Made by a program: the position numbers and the translations under genes. A stretch of 63,372 bases of DNA, filler included, from Gemmatimonadota bacterium (GTDB lineage: Bacteria > 4572-55 > J002), in NCBI GenBank assembly GCA_003697105.1. It is 4 parts of 4 records of this genome, joined end to end, with 100 filler letters (N's around TTAATTAATTAA, not from the genome) between each part and the next. Parts side by side here need not be neighbours in the genome. Positions count along the whole stretch, not along the records: positions 25,787 to 52,850 come from RFFQ01000091.1; 3 more parts are not named here. One strand, written 5' to 3'. The notes under the pieces were generated by a model. It ran no database searches. It saw only the letters and a list, made by a program, of their open reading frames with translations, and was not told the origin of the DNA. Below, one piece after another: positions 27,870 through 38,580 of the stretch. Numbering within the stretch: the first letter of the stretch is position 1; each line of letters opens with the position of its first letter.

Positions 27870-27935
27870 ATATTAGTGTGATCGATCCGGAAAGTCAAGT
27901 TTTTTCTTGCGGTCACTGCCTAAATTTGGTATCAT
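27870..27935. promoter_or_regulatory. Divergent sigma70 promoters for tRNA-Leu (-) and the smpB operon (+)
   Basis: Minus: TTGACT-N17-TAATAT (27898-27870) with a GC-rich discriminator. Plus: TTGCGG-N17-TATCAT (27907-27935). Confidence 0.6.
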
Positions 27936-27984
27936 TTCCAACAATGAAATATCCCGTACATCGCTGAGGTAAGGAAGAACGGCT

Positions 27985-28434
27985 GTGAAGATCATCACCA
28001 CGAACCGCCGGGCACGCCATGAATATCAGATTTTAGAAGAAATGGAAGCCGGTATCGTCCTAAAAGGCACGGAGGTCAAATCCTTGCGGGCAGGTAAAGC
28101 CAGCTTGCAAGATAGTTACGCCAACATTCGGGATGGCGAACTGTATCTCCATAATCTACATATTGCCAGTTACGAAGCCGGCAACCGGTTCAACCACCCC
28201 GAAAAGCGGACACGCAAACTGCTGATGCACCGCCGCGAGATCGACCGTTTGGATGGAAAAATCGCCGAACGTGGGCTGACCCTGATCCCGCTCAACCTTT
28301 ATTTTGCCGATAATGGCTATGTCAAAGTCACTCTTGGTTTAGCCAAAGGCAAAAAAACACACGATAAACGGCACGATCTCGCGAAAAAAGACGCGGATCG
28401 GGAAATCCAACGAACTTTGAGGGAACGCTACTAA
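27985..28434 (+). CDS. smpB: SsrA-binding protein
   Basis: NRRARHEY, EAGIVLKGTEVKSLR, RKLLMHRREI, GKKTHDKR. Confidence 0.97.
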   Translation: MKIITTNRRARHEYQILEEMEAGIVLKGTEVKSLRAGKASLQDSYANIRDGELYLHNLHIASYEAGNRFNHPEKRTRKLLMHRREIDRLDGKIAERGLTLIPLNLYFADNGYVKVTLGLAKGKKTHDKRHDLAKKDADREIQRTLRERY

Positions 28435-28439
28435 CACCG

Positions 28440-29963
28440 ATGAAATCCAATATGTTGCTCTTTATCATGTTGTTATGGATGTTCTGCCTGCGGTTGACCC
28501 CGGCAGAAAGCGCCGAATGGCGGGTTCAATTTGCCGATGGCCGGTCGGACTATCCGGTACAAACGGTCACGATTAACACCGTGGAATATCTGGCGCTCAC
28601 CGATGTCGCCTTGATGTATCGGGCATCCCAACGCTGGTACAGTGATCTCGGCAAAATGGTGCTCAAATTGAACCGGCACACCCTCCGCCTAACGGTGGAT
28701 AGCCCCATTGTGGTGATCGACCAGCAGTCACCGGTCAAAATGGTCTATCCGGTTGAACTTAGGAACGGTGAAGTGTTCGTGCCGGTGGAATTTATCACGG
28801 ACATCCTCGCGGATATGACTCAAACCCAATTGAAATGGGATAAACGCACCCAAACCCTGAAATTAGCCCCCACGACAACCACCATTTCCAACCTGCGCTT
28901 TCGGGTGAGCCGGGATCGGACGATCGTGGAAGTTCTGACCTCTCCGGAGCCGGAGTTTTCGCTGGATGCCAGTTACAACGGGCGCCTCATTTTAGTGATT
29001 CCTAACGGCATTTTAGATGCCGGCAAGATCAGCACGGATACACCGCACGGCTTGGTTCAGCGGGTTCTGGCGTACCAAACTAGCGGTCAGGCGCAAATTG
29101 CGTTTGAGGTATCCCCGGATGCCGCTCGATTTCAGGCACAACCCTTAACCAACAGAAAGGGCATCCAAGTTGAAATCTTAAAAGCAACAGCACGACCCAA
29201 ACCGGCTTCCCGTCCGGCATCCCCAGACCTCACTTTGGGGGCAAGCGACCTACCTCAATTTGGGAAGATTGTCATCGATCCGGGTCACGGGGGAAAAGAC
29301 CCCGGCGCCATCGGACCCAACGGCACGCAGGAAAAAGATATTACCTTAGCGATTGCTCGCCGCTTGAAAACCATCATTGAAAGCCGTTCCAATTTAGACG
29401 TTATCTTAACACGAGAAGACGACACGTTCATAGGTCTAGGGGAGCGTACAAAAATCGCCAATAGTGCCAAAGCAGACCTGTTTATTAGTATTCATTGCAA
29501 TGCCTCACACAGCCCCCATGCGCAGGGTACAGAAACGTACTTCCTAAGTGCGGCACGGAATGATGCCGAAAAAGAGGCTGAAATGCGAGAAAATCAAGTA
29601 ATTGAATTTGAAGTTCCCAAAAATAGCCAGCCCCCATCCGATATTTTGGAAATGATGCTGTGGAATATGGCGGCAAATGAATTTCACAAAGAGAGCCAAG
29701 ATTTAATGGAAACCGTCCAAAATGCGTTACAGCAGAAGCTCAAGTTACCGTCTCGTTTCAAAGAAGGCGGGCGTCAAGCGGGATTTTATGTGTTGCGAGG
29801 TACTACCATGCCCGCCATTCTGGTCGAAGCGGCGTTCATTACCAACCCTCAGGAAGAGCGCCTTTTGAATACCCCTGAATTTCAAGAAAAAATTGCCGCC
29901 GGTATTTATGAAGGCGTCGTTGAATTCATTAGTCGTTACAAGCAAGCCGACCCTTGGAATTAG
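28440..29963 (+). CDS. N-acetylmuramoyl-L-alanine amidase (Amidase_3) with N-terminal accessory domains
   Basis: IDPGHGGKDPGA, EKDITL, SIHCNA, PAILVE; signal peptide. Confidence 0.92.
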   Translation: MKSNMLLFIMLLWMFCLRLTPAESAEWRVQFADGRSDYPVQTVTINTVEYLALTDVALMYRASQRWYSDLGKMVLKLNRHTLRLTVDSPIVVIDQQSPVKMVYPVELRNGEVFVPVEFITDILADMTQTQLKWDKRTQTLKLAPTTTTISNLRFRVSRDRTIVEVLTSPEPEFSLDASYNGRLILVIPNGILDAGKISTDTPHGLVQRVLAYQTSGQAQIAFEVSPDAARFQAQPLTNRKGIQVEILKATARPKPASRPASPDLTLGASDLPQFGKIVIDPGHGGKDPGAIGPNGTQEKDITLAIARRLKTIIESRSNLDVILTREDDTFIGLGERTKIANSAKADLFISIHCNASHSPHAQGTETYFLSAARNDAEKEAEMRENQVIEFEVPKNSQPPSDILEMMLWNMAANEFHKESQDLMETVQNALQQKLKLPSRFKEGGRQAGFYVLRGTTMPAILVEAAFITNPQEERLLNTPEFQEKIAAGIYEGVVEFISRYKQADPWN

Positions 29964-29973
29964 GATAAACAAC

Positions 29974-30555
29974 GTGCAGCAACCGGTATACGGGCTTGCC
30001 CGAAAATGGATCATCATTATCGCCGTCGGTTTTGGCGTGCTGGCTATTTACGGGCTTTCCAAAATCCAAATTTCCGCGCCCCATGTAGCGGAACAGACAC
30101 CGGTTATCGAACCGGCGTCGCCGCCGGCAACCCGTCCGGTACGGCTCTATTTTTATGAGCCAAAACGCCGGCAGCTTGTGCCGGAACGGCACGAGATCAT
30201 TCTGGAAGCGGATAATTTTAGTTCACAAGTGAAAAGCGTCATTACGGCACTCATTCGAGGACCTGTGGCAGATACGCTTGGTGCGACATTTCCACCCACA
30301 GCCACCCTCAATGCGGTCTATCTGGTTGAGCCACAACAATTGGTGTTAGATTTTAGCCCCGCCCTCCAGTACGATCTGGCGCCAAGCGCTACCAGCGAAC
30401 TGCTGCTTTTAACGTCATTGGTACGTACGGTTGGGGATGCCTTTCCTCAAGTGGGGACCATCCAACTTTTGATTGATGGGCAACCCGCCACAAAACTCAC
30501 GGGGCATTTGGATATTCAGGATACCCGCTTTTATATCGCCGGTGCAATTGAGTAA
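29974..30555 (+). CDS. GerMN domain membrane-anchored protein
   Basis: N-terminal TM, LYF...LVPE, ALIRGP, LDFS, ELLLLTSLVRT, IQLLIDG..GHLD. Confidence 0.8.
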   Translation: MQQPVYGLARKWIIIIAVGFGVLAIYGLSKIQISAPHVAEQTPVIEPASPPATRPVRLYFYEPKRRQLVPERHEIILEADNFSSQVKSVITALIRGPVADTLGATFPPTATLNAVYLVEPQQLVLDFSPALQYDLAPSATSELLLLTSLVRTVGDAFPQVGTIQLLIDGQPATKLTGHLDIQDTRFYIAGAIE

Positions 30556-30560
30556 CATTC

Positions 30561-33296
30561 ATGAATCCCCTATGGCTTTTTTTCCTATCACTACTGGTGC
30601 TCTTAGGAGACAGCCCCCGCGGGGAAGCCCATACCCCGTTTGGGTTGACCCACCATCTACCTACCTCTCCAGAGCCTCACTCGATCCAATCCATCTGGAA
30701 CAGCGAGACAAACCATACATTCAATCAGTGGATCCAAGACGAACTTTATGCCCATAAAGGTAGCTATGATCAAGTGTTATTTTTGTACCAAAAACGGATG
30801 ATCGAAAACCCTAGCTACCGCTGGCAGTTTCAGGAATTGATGCAGTTAGGTATTGCGTATTTTCAGAAAGGAAACTACCAGCAGGCACATGATGTCTTCC
30901 AGATGGCACGCATGAAAGCCCTTAGTCCAGAAGATGAAAGTAAAAACCTCTACTGGATCGGACGAACGGCGTTTGAGTTGCAGGATTACATCACGGCCTC
31001 CAATTATTTTTCCATGAGCGCGATCAATTTTGGGCGCAATCCGGTTGAATCGGCGTACTTCTGGTTGGGTTTGACCAATTTTTTCATGGGCGAATTTGAT
31101 TACGCCATTACCGCATTAAAAAAAGTTCAAATAGACCCCGAATTGGTCACAATTGCTCGCTATTTTATTGGGCGGTGTTATTTTTCTTCGGATCGATTTG
31201 AAGAAGGGATTATCTATTTGCGAGAACTCGCAGAACAAGGTTCGGCGAATGTCCTCACCTCAGAAGTTGAATATTTGATAGGCGCCTCATATCTGGAATT
31301 GGGAGATTACGCCAGTGCCCTCACAGCGTTGACCACCGCTCTGGCACATGACCAGCATTTCGTGGTAAATACCGGCACGGCAACGGGGGAATTCCCCCAT
31401 GTGGAAATCGATCAAATCCACCCCAACTGGCAATTTGAGTGGTGGATTGACGAATGCCTCTACCTGTTGGGCTGGACATATTTTCAACTCCACCAACCTT
31501 CCGAGACCCTAACGGTTTACCAATATTTATGGCAATATCTGCCCGAAAGCCCGTACATCCCCAGCAGTTACTATATTGCCGGGCACATCCTCCAAATGCA
31601 GAACCAACTTCTTGCCGCCGTCGAGCATTACGGGTATTTAGTGCAATATTACCCCATTCATGACCTGATGGACGACACTTTATACCGGTTGGGCTGGTGT
31701 TACTATCAATTAAAGGATTATGAGCGCGCCTTGGCAACGTTTCAGTGGTTACTTACGGAATTCCCCTACAGCGGTTATGAAGAACAAGCGCAATATTATA
31801 CGGGCGAAGCCTTTTACGCCTTACAAGCATATGATCAAGCGCGGCAAATGTTTGAGAAGATTATCCAACAGGAAACCCCCTCCGAAACCTATCTCCCCCA
31901 CGCCATTCATGGCGTTGCGTGGTCATACTACCGGCAAGATCAATTTGATCGCGCGGCTCTGTATTTTGAAAAACTCGCAACAGACCCGCAGGTCAGTGCC
32001 TTGTTGAAAGCCACAGGAATGTACCGCAGTGCGATGTCCTACCACCGGATAAAAAACTATGACGCGGCAGTCCGTTGGTTTGAGGCATTTTTAGCACAGC
32101 CCATGTACCCCGATTATCATGATGATGCCCAATATTTACTGGCGTATTCGCTCTTTCAACTGGGGAAGATCGATTCTGCACGAGTCGCATACGAAACGGT
32201 TGTCCAACGATACCCGACCAGCCGTTTAGCACCAGATGCGCAGTTTGAAGTTGCCGGAATTTACTATCTACAAGAAGAATACGAACAGGCAATTGCCGCT
32301 TATCAGGCACTGGAAGCGTGGTCGGATTCCCCCGATCTGATTGATGATGCGAATTACCAGATCGAGTGGTGTTATTACAAACTCAAACGCTACCGGTCGC
32401 CTGTACAAGTGTTGCGCAATTTTGTGAAAAAGTACCCGGATAGCCCTCGGAGTCCGGGGTTGCTACTGGAAGTGGGCTATTACTATTTTCAATTAGAACA
32501 CTACTACGACGCAATTCGGGAGTATCGCCGGGTCATTCAGAATTACCCCAATAGTGAAGAACAGCTAGAAGCCCAATTTAGCATCGCAAATTGCTATTAC
32601 CAGCTCGAATCCTACGATCAAGCCATTCAACATTATCAAGCATTAGTCGCCGGCGAGGAAACACCCCCATCTCTGGCGGCGCGTGCCCAGTATATGCTGG
32701 GGGAAACGTACCGGATAACCCAAGATTATAACCACGCGATTCAGGCGTACCGGCATCTGGTCGAACATTATCCTGAGGAGTCCCCGGCGGTACAAGGGCT
32801 TTTCCGGATAGGCACCCTCTACCTCAAGTTGAAGCAGTGGCCCGAAGCGCGATTAGCCTTCCAAACGCTTTTGCGAGAATATCCCCTTGCCCCAGAAGCC
32901 GCCGAAGCCCAACTCAACATTACCAAAACCTATTATCAGGAAGCCAATCACGATAGTACCCTCACCGCTGCCCAGCGCGTCGTCGAGAGTGGTCCCACCG
33001 AACTGGCTGTCGAAGCGCTCTTCCTCGTTGCCGGTTCTTATTTTAATCGGGGAGAATGGGAAAACGCCCTGCTCTATTATACCCAAATTTATACGGAATA
33101 CCAGCAATACCCCAATTGGCGAACACGGGGTATGTACCATGCCGGCTTATGTTTGGAAGAACTCAACCGCTATACCGAAGCCAAAATCCTGTATGAAAAA
33201 GTGATCCAACAGACCACCGACATGCGCCGTATTGATGAAGCACAACAACGTTTAGATATGATCGCCAATCGAATCCAATCCAATACATCCCAATAA
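30561..33296 (+). CDS. Secreted tetratricopeptide-repeat protein (BamD/CpoB-like repeats)
   Basis: Many TPR-like units with YPxS...A(Q/L)Y..G/A..YY motifs. Confidence 0.85.
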   Translation: MNPLWLFFLSLLVLLGDSPRGEAHTPFGLTHHLPTSPEPHSIQSIWNSETNHTFNQWIQDELYAHKGSYDQVLFLYQKRMIENPSYRWQFQELMQLGIAYFQKGNYQQAHDVFQMARMKALSPEDESKNLYWIGRTAFELQDYITASNYFSMSAINFGRNPVESAYFWLGLTNFFMGEFDYAITALKKVQIDPELVTIARYFIGRCYFSSDRFEEGIIYLRELAEQGSANVLTSEVEYLIGASYLELGDYASALTALTTALAHDQHFVVNTGTATGEFPHVEIDQIHPNWQFEWWIDECLYLLGWTYFQLHQPSETLTVYQYLWQYLPESPYIPSSYYIAGHILQMQNQLLAAVEHYGYLVQYYPIHDLMDDTLYRLGWCYYQLKDYERALATFQWLLTEFPYSGYEEQAQYYTGEAFYALQAYDQARQMFEKIIQQETPSETYLPHAIHGVAWSYYRQDQFDRAALYFEKLATDPQVSALLKATGMYRSAMSYHRIKNYDAAVRWFEAFLAQPMYPDYHDDAQYLLAYSLFQLGKIDSARVAYETVVQRYPTSRLAPDAQFEVAGIYYLQEEYEQAIAAYQALEAWSDSPDLIDDANYQIEWCYYKLKRYRSPVQVLRNFVKKYPDSPRSPGLLLEVGYYYFQLEHYYDAIREYRRVIQNYPNSEEQLEAQFSIANCYYQLESYDQAIQHYQALVAGEETPPSLAARAQYMLGETYRITQDYNHAIQAYRHLVEHYPEESPAVQGLFRIGTLYLKLKQWPEARLAFQTLLREYPLAPEAAEAQLNITKTYYQEANHDSTLTAAQRVVESGPTELAVEALFLVAGSYFNRGEWENALLYYTQIYTEYQQYPNWRTRGMYHAGLCLEELNRYTEAKILYEKVIQQTTDMRRIDEAQQRLDMIANRIQSNTSQ

Positions 33297-33310
33297 CAAA
33301 AGGAGAAGCC

Positions 33311-34003
33311 ATGCCAACATCTCTCCAGTGGATCGGGGTGCTCCTGCTTATCAGCATGCAGGTCACTACGGTTCCCGCCTCAGATTTCCGTCAAGTTGTC
33401 GATGATAAAGGACGAACGATCATCACCAATGTCTCTAAACCACCCTCAACCACCTCTTACCGCGAGGTCAGTTACACTGCCCGGACCTACACCCACTATA
33501 TCCGTACCGCCGCCAAAAAATACCGGCTCAACGAACGGTTGATCCATGCCATGATTATCATGGAATCGGGTTATAATCCGCGGGCAGTTTCGCCCAAAGG
33601 GGCAAAAGGTCTTATGCAACTTATGTCTGGAACGGCTCGCTTGATGGGAGTGACCGATGTCTTCAATCCGAAGCAAAATATTGAAGGCGGTAGCCGGTAC
33701 TTGCGCCTCATGTTAAATACATTCAACGGCAATCTGGACTATGCCCTCGCGGCGTACAATGCCGGCCCGGAAGCCGTAAAACGCTATAAAGGCATACCCC
33801 CGTATCGAGAGACCCGGAATTATGTCCGCGGTGTCAAACGCCTTGCCGGTTTGAATACTTCCCCCGCCGCACCTCCCTCGTTTCAGGTGAACACAAAACG
33901 CAACCGCACCCATGTTCAGACACCCCGCACCGAAGCAGGGTTTCACCGGCAAATCGATAAGAAGGGGCGCGTCATCTTTACCAATGTACCCGTAATTCGT
34001 TAA
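33311..34003 (+). CDS. Lytic transglycosylase (SLT domain)
   Basis: MESGYNPRAVSPKGAKGLMQLM, LAAYNAG, PPYRETRNYV. Confidence 0.92.
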   Translation: MPTSLQWIGVLLLISMQVTTVPASDFRQVVDDKGRTIITNVSKPPSTTSYREVSYTARTYTHYIRTAAKKYRLNERLIHAMIIMESGYNPRAVSPKGAKGLMQLMSGTARLMGVTDVFNPKQNIEGGSRYLRLMLNTFNGNLDYALAAYNAGPEAVKRYKGIPPYRETRNYVRGVKRLAGLNTSPAAPPSFQVNTKRNRTHVQTPRTEAGFHRQIDKKGRVIFTNVPVIR

Positions 34004-34034
34004 TTCGCAAAAGCTAAGGAGTCCATTAACACTA

Positions 34035-35051
34035 ATGTTTCTAAAATCAATCGAATGGAAAACCGACCATATTGAAATTATCGATCAAACTCAACTGCCA
34101 GAACAGGAAAAACGAATTCAATTACGAACCCTATCGCAAATCACAGAGGCAATTCAAAAATTGCGGATTCGGGGCGCCCCTGCCATCGGTATTGCTGGAG
34201 CCATGGGACTTGCCCTGATCATGGATCAGACCGAGATCGACCTGCCGGACGCTTTTTTTGATTATCTGTACCGTACGGCAGATCAACTCAACGCCACCCG
34301 GCCGACGGCGGTCAATCTGGGATGGGCATTGCGACGAATGATCCGGGTCGCTGAGGATGCCCGCCAACACCCATTAGCAAAAATTCGGGAGGCACTCATC
34401 CACGAGGCACAGCAGATCGCGGAAGAAGAAGCAGAACGAAGCATTCAAATGGGGAAATTCGGGGCAGAACTCATCCAAGAGGGTGATACCCTGCTAACGC
34501 ACTGTAACACCGGAGCACTGGCAACCTACGGTTACGGGACCGCCCTTTCGGTGTTTTACCAGGCTCACCAGATGGGGAAACGGATTCATGTGTTTGCTGA
34601 TGAAACCCGCCCGTTGTTGCAAGGCTCCCGGCTGACGGTGTGGGAACTCCAGCGCGCCGGTATTCCCGTCACCTTAATTACCGATAACATGGCAGGATGG
34701 GCAATGGCACAAGGGAAAATCCAGCGGATTTTCACCGGCGCCGACCGAATTGCGGCAAACGGAGACAGCGCCAACAAAATTGGAACGTACAGCGTGGCAA
34801 CCCTTGCCAAAGCGCACAACATCCCATTTTATATCGTGGCGCCGTCATCGACAATTGATGCCAGTCTAAAAAGTGGGGCGGAAATCCCCATTGAAGAGCG
34901 GGGAGCGGCGGAAATAATTCGGGGATTTGGTAAATTGACTGCTCCAGAAGGTACTTCTGTATGGAGTCCGGCATTTGATGTGACCCCCGCGGAATTGATT
35001 AGCGGTATCATCACCGAAGCGGGGGTTTTTGAGTATCCGTATGCTTTTTAG
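34035..35051 (+). CDS. mtnA: S-methyl-5-thioribose-1-phosphate isomerase
   Basis: IRGAPAIG, RPTAVNL, THCNTGALAT, ETRPLLQGSRLT, NKIGTY. Confidence 0.95.
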   Translation: MFLKSIEWKTDHIEIIDQTQLPEQEKRIQLRTLSQITEAIQKLRIRGAPAIGIAGAMGLALIMDQTEIDLPDAFFDYLYRTADQLNATRPTAVNLGWALRRMIRVAEDARQHPLAKIREALIHEAQQIAEEEAERSIQMGKFGAELIQEGDTLLTHCNTGALATYGYGTALSVFYQAHQMGKRIHVFADETRPLLQGSRLTVWELQRAGIPVTLITDNMAGWAMAQGKIQRIFTGADRIAANGDSANKIGTYSVATLAKAHNIPFYIVAPSSTIDASLKSGAEIPIEERGAAEIIRGFGKLTAPEGTSVWSPAFDVTPAELISGIITEAGVFEYPYAF

Positions 35052-35823
35052 GATGGTGTTCAGAGATAATTTCGGCATACGCATTGTGATTATGGATGCT
35101 CTCAAAATTTTCAGCTTCCACGCTAAACCAGCGGATATTTTCATCTGCCGCTAATTGTTGGGTGACATTGCGCACCACATCTTCCACAAAGACCGGGTTG
35201 GCATACGCCTGCTCGGTCACGTATTTTTCATCCTCCCGTTTGAGGAGCGCGTAAACTTCCGTGCTACCGCAACGTTCGATCCGCCGGACTAAATCCTCAA
35301 TCCAGATAAATTTATCAAACCGTACCCGTACCCGCACCACACCTCGTTGGTTGTGTGCACCTTCCAGACTGATCGCCTTTGAACAGGGACACAGGGTCGT
35401 GATGGGTACTTCTACCCCGAGTACAAAATCGAGCTGATGCCCGTTTTTCGCGGCGGAAAAGGTACACCGGTAATCTACAAGCGCTTTTGCTCCGGTTATT
35501 GGGGCAGCTTTCTCAATAAAATACGGAAACGTCAATTCAATGTGGGCAGATTCTGCATCTAAACGGGTTTTCATCTCGGTTAAAATCGAGCGAATCGCTT
35601 TATAACTGATCATCCCCCGGTAGGCATTCAAAATTTCAATAAACCGGCTCATGTGAGTCCCCTTAAAATGATGGGGTAAGTCCACGTACATATTGACCGA
35701 GGCGACGGTATGTTGTTCCGTGTTTTCTTTATCCAAAATCGTGATGGGATATTTGAGATGTTTTACCCCCACTTTGTTGATTGGGATATTGCGGGTGTCC
35801 CGCTCATTTTGGATGTCTTTCAT
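35011..35823 (-). CDS. folE2: GTP cyclohydrolase FolE2
   Basis: KGTHMSRF, LCPCSK, GAHNQR, LKREDEK, ESIHNHNA. Confidence 0.95.
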   Translation of the reverse strand: MKDIQNERDTRNIPINKVGVKHLKYPITILDKENTEQHTVASVNMYVDLPHHFKGTHMSRFIEILNAYRGMISYKAIRSILTEMKTRLDAESAHIELTFPYFIEKAAPITGAKALVDYRCTFSAAKNGHQLDFVLGVEVPITTLCPCSKAISLEGAHNQRGVVRVRVRFDKFIWIEDLVRRIERCGSTEVYALLKREDEKYVTEQAYANPVFVEDVVRNVTQQLAADENIRWFSVEAENFESIHNHNAYAEIISEHHPKKHTDTQKPPLR

Positions 35824-35836
35824 ATTCCACCTGAGA

Positions 35837-37417
35837 TCAATTCCACAAATTGAGCCGAAACATAATCCGATAATGGCGAGGCGACATGGAATAACCCGAG
35901 GTCAAGCGATATGGAGTGTCCAACATATTATACATCTCGTACGCCACCAAAAAATCATAAATTTCTAGGGTTAGACCCGCATTCATCACCCAAAATTTGC
36001 CCAACCAGTGTTCACCGGTCACATCCGTGTGACGACGGGTGGCAAACTCGCTATCCATAAACGCATGAACCCCCAGACCCTCATTTAAAAATCGATTTCG
36101 ATAGTGCCATTCCATGACCCACCGCTGTTTTGGCACATACGGAAGCGGTGTTTTGGAACCGGTATGTTCTGCCCCCGTCAATTGATAACCCACGTGTCCC
36201 GACCAGACGGAACGCCATGCCACATTCAATTGCACCCCCACACTGCGGATTTTGGCTTGCTGGGACGGATCACGCCGCTCTGTAAAATGCACTTCCAGTG
36301 CCCGGTAACGGGTTTTCCCATAAATTACCCATTGCGGACGGTCAGAATGCTCGCCCTCAAGAGGTTTTGCATAACTGAGATGGACTTCCGCCGACCTATC
36401 CGGCGGAAAAGCCAGTTGAACGCGGCTGATGGCTCCCAGCCAAGCGGTGCTATCTGTTGCTGCCGGTAAGCGCGTATAAAGGGTGTGCTGAAATTGAGAC
36501 CGCTTTCCTCCATCCCACACATGGGCAAGGGAAAATTGGTGCCCATCCAGCGTTGGTTGCCCGGTTGCTTGCGGGTTACGCCAAAAACCAGACCCGTCCA
36601 TCTCCAACGCCTGATGTTTAAACACCGGCTGGCGGAGCGTTATGCGATAGCCCCAGATATGCCGGCGCCCGCCACCGGTATGATCCGTGTGGTACAAAAT
36701 CCCGTGTAAGGTCTGTCCAGATGCCAACTGGCCGGTTATCGAGAGATCATAATCTCGCCGGTACACAGATGCCGAGCCCAGTTGATGATCGTTAAAAATA
36801 CGATACCCAAATCTTGTTTGCCATTCCACCGTTGGGCGGTAGTGTAATTGGGCGCCATACCCCCCACCGGTATATTTGGTAGGATGTCGTTTGAAATTCT
36901 CGTCATCATCATACATCCCATAGGCTAACAGATTCCAGCGAGCACTCAGCGGAGTGCCAAAAATAAATCGATACTGCTGGTAATCATGCCCGCCTTGTAC
37001 CATTACTAATTGGGAAAACGGGATTGAATCTGAGTGCGTGCGGGAGGTGAACGCTAAACTCCCCCCCAATGGATTGAGCAGACTCGGCGCTAGATTCACC
37101 ACCGCCTTGCTTAGGCTGTTAATGGGCAATTGAAGCACATTGAAATAGGGGTCTGCTTCGGTGGTCAAGGGACGCCCATCCAGCCAGACCGGTACTGGCG
37201 TCCCCAAATAGGTCGGATACTGAGTGTGTTGCCCGTAGCCGTAATCCCGCACATAAACCCACGGCGACGTTCGCAAAAATCTTCCGGTATTTAGCTTGAC
37301 GCTCGATTCAATCGGGGTCAATTGGTCGTGTGCCGTTCCCGTATCCATACTCCACGCGAACACACCCGCATGCCACACCAGACCGCTCAAGACCATCCAA
37401 AAAAATAGGGTTTTCAT
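35837..37417 (-). CDS. Putative outer-membrane beta-barrel (TonB-plug-like N-terminus)
   Basis: Signal peptide, VWLDGRPL plug-like segment, amphipathic strands, NMLD...Y...PR...FRLNLWN C-terminus. Confidence 0.6.
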   Translation of the reverse strand: MKTLFFWMVLSGLVWHAGVFAWSMDTGTAHDQLTPIESSVKLNTGRFLRTSPWVYVRDYGYGQHTQYPTYLGTPVPVWLDGRPLTTEADPYFNVLQLPINSLSKAVVNLAPSLLNPLGGSLAFTSRTHSDSIPFSQLVMVQGGHDYQQYRFIFGTPLSARWNLLAYGMYDDDENFKRHPTKYTGGGYGAQLHYRPTVEWQTRFGYRIFNDHQLGSASVYRRDYDLSITGQLASGQTLHGILYHTDHTGGGRRHIWGYRITLRQPVFKHQALEMDGSGFWRNPQATGQPTLDGHQFSLAHVWDGGKRSQFQHTLYTRLPAATDSTAWLGAISRVQLAFPPDRSAEVHLSYAKPLEGEHSDRPQWVIYGKTRYRALEVHFTERRDPSQQAKIRSVGVQLNVAWRSVWSGHVGYQLTGAEHTGSKTPLPYVPKQRWVMEWHYRNRFLNEGLGVHAFMDSEFATRRHTDVTGEHWLGKFWVMNAGLTLEIYDFLVAYEMYNMLDTPYRLTSGYSMSPRHYRIMFRLNLWN

Positions 37418-37496
37418 GGGAAAAACTATTATAAAAAATACGCTGATGGAAGCCAAATTCCGATCAGCGTATTTTTGGTTCTATCAAGGGGTTTGT

Positions 37497-38564
37497 TTAC
37501 TTAAATTTTGCCATTTCCTGGGCTTTGGCATCAAAGGATTTCCGGTCAATGGCGTAGCGGCGTGCTTCTTCTAGGGTGACTTTATTTTGTTGCACCAATT
37601 CTAGCAACGACTGATCCATCGTTTGCATTCCCATTTGCTTGTTGGTTTGCATCAAGGAGGGGATTTGGAACGTTTTATTTTCACGGATTAAGTTTCCGAG
37701 CGCTGGTGTTCGAATGAGGATTTCCAGCGCGGCACAGCGCCCACCACCGGTTTTTTTGAGCAAATTTTGGGCAACCACACCGATGAGGGCTTCGGCGAGC
37801 ATCTGGCGGATTTGTTCCTGCCGGTCTGCCGGAAACACGTTGATAATACGGTCAACGGTCTTAGCCGCACTATTCGTGTGGAGGGTACCAAACACCAAGT
37901 GGCCGGTTTCTGCCGCTTCTACAGCTTTCTCAATTGTTTCCAAGTCACGCATTTCACCGACTAAAATGACATCCGGAGCTTCCCGGAGTGCCGCTCGCAA
38001 GGCGGTGGAAAAAGAATGGGTGTGCCGGTGGATTTCCCGCTGATTCACTAGCGATTGCTTATTGGGGTGCACAAATTCGATGGGGTCTTCTAGGGTCAGG
38101 ATGTGGTATTTGTAATTTTCATTGATGTAATCAATCAGCGCTGCCAGGGTTGTGGATTTCCCACTACCAGTGGCACCGGTCACCAAGCACAACCCTTTTT
38201 TGAAATCACCAAATTTGAGTACCGCCGGTGGCAGCCCCAACTGTTTCGCTGTTAAAATCTTGGATGGAATCTGGCGAAAAATGCCGGCAATGCCTTTGCG
38301 TTGCATAAATACATTTGCCCGGTACCGCGCATAATCATTCTCGTAGGCAAAATCCACATCATTATGTTCTTCAAAGATTTTACGGTGGTAATCGGTCATA
38401 ATTTCATAGAGAAACGCCTTATTTTGCTCGTGGGTTAATTCGCCGAATTTTATCGCCTGAATTTCCCCGCTAATTTTGAGCATTGGCGGTGATCCGGTAC
38501 ACATGAACAAGTCAGACGAACCGTTATCGACCATTACTTTGAAAAAGGCATCAATCCGTGCCAT
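37497..38564 (-). CDS. pilT: Type IV pilus retraction ATPase
   Basis: GATGSGKSTT, TLEDPIE, LREAPDVILVGEMRD, GHLVFGTLHT, GMQTMD. Confidence 0.93.
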   Translation of the reverse strand: MARIDAFFKVMVDNGSSDLFMCTGSPPMLKISGEIQAIKFGELTHEQNKAFLYEIMTDYHRKIFEEHNDVDFAYENDYARYRANVFMQRKGIAGIFRQIPSKILTAKQLGLPPAVLKFGDFKKGLCLVTGATGSGKSTTLAALIDYINENYKYHILTLEDPIEFVHPNKQSLVNQREIHRHTHSFSTALRAALREAPDVILVGEMRDLETIEKAVEAAETGHLVFGTLHTNSAAKTVDRIINVFPADRQEQIRQMLAEALIGVVAQNLLKKTGGGRCAALEILIRTPALGNLIRENKTFQIPSLMQTNKQMGMQTMDQSLLELVQQNKVTLEEARRYAIDRKSFDAKAQEMAKFK

Positions 38565-38580
38565 GAACAGCCTCCCTGTG

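Noticed and set aside
27752-27967. 71-aa plus-strand ORF
   Set aside because: Antisense translation of the tRNA and its promoter.
27985-28434. tmRNA next to smpB
   Set aside because: The flanks are occupied by tRNA-Leu and the amidase gene; no ssrA-like sequence seen.
35011-35051. 41-nt convergent overlap of mtnA and folE2
   Set aside because: Real but most simply a short C-terminal run-on of folE2; no evidence of function.
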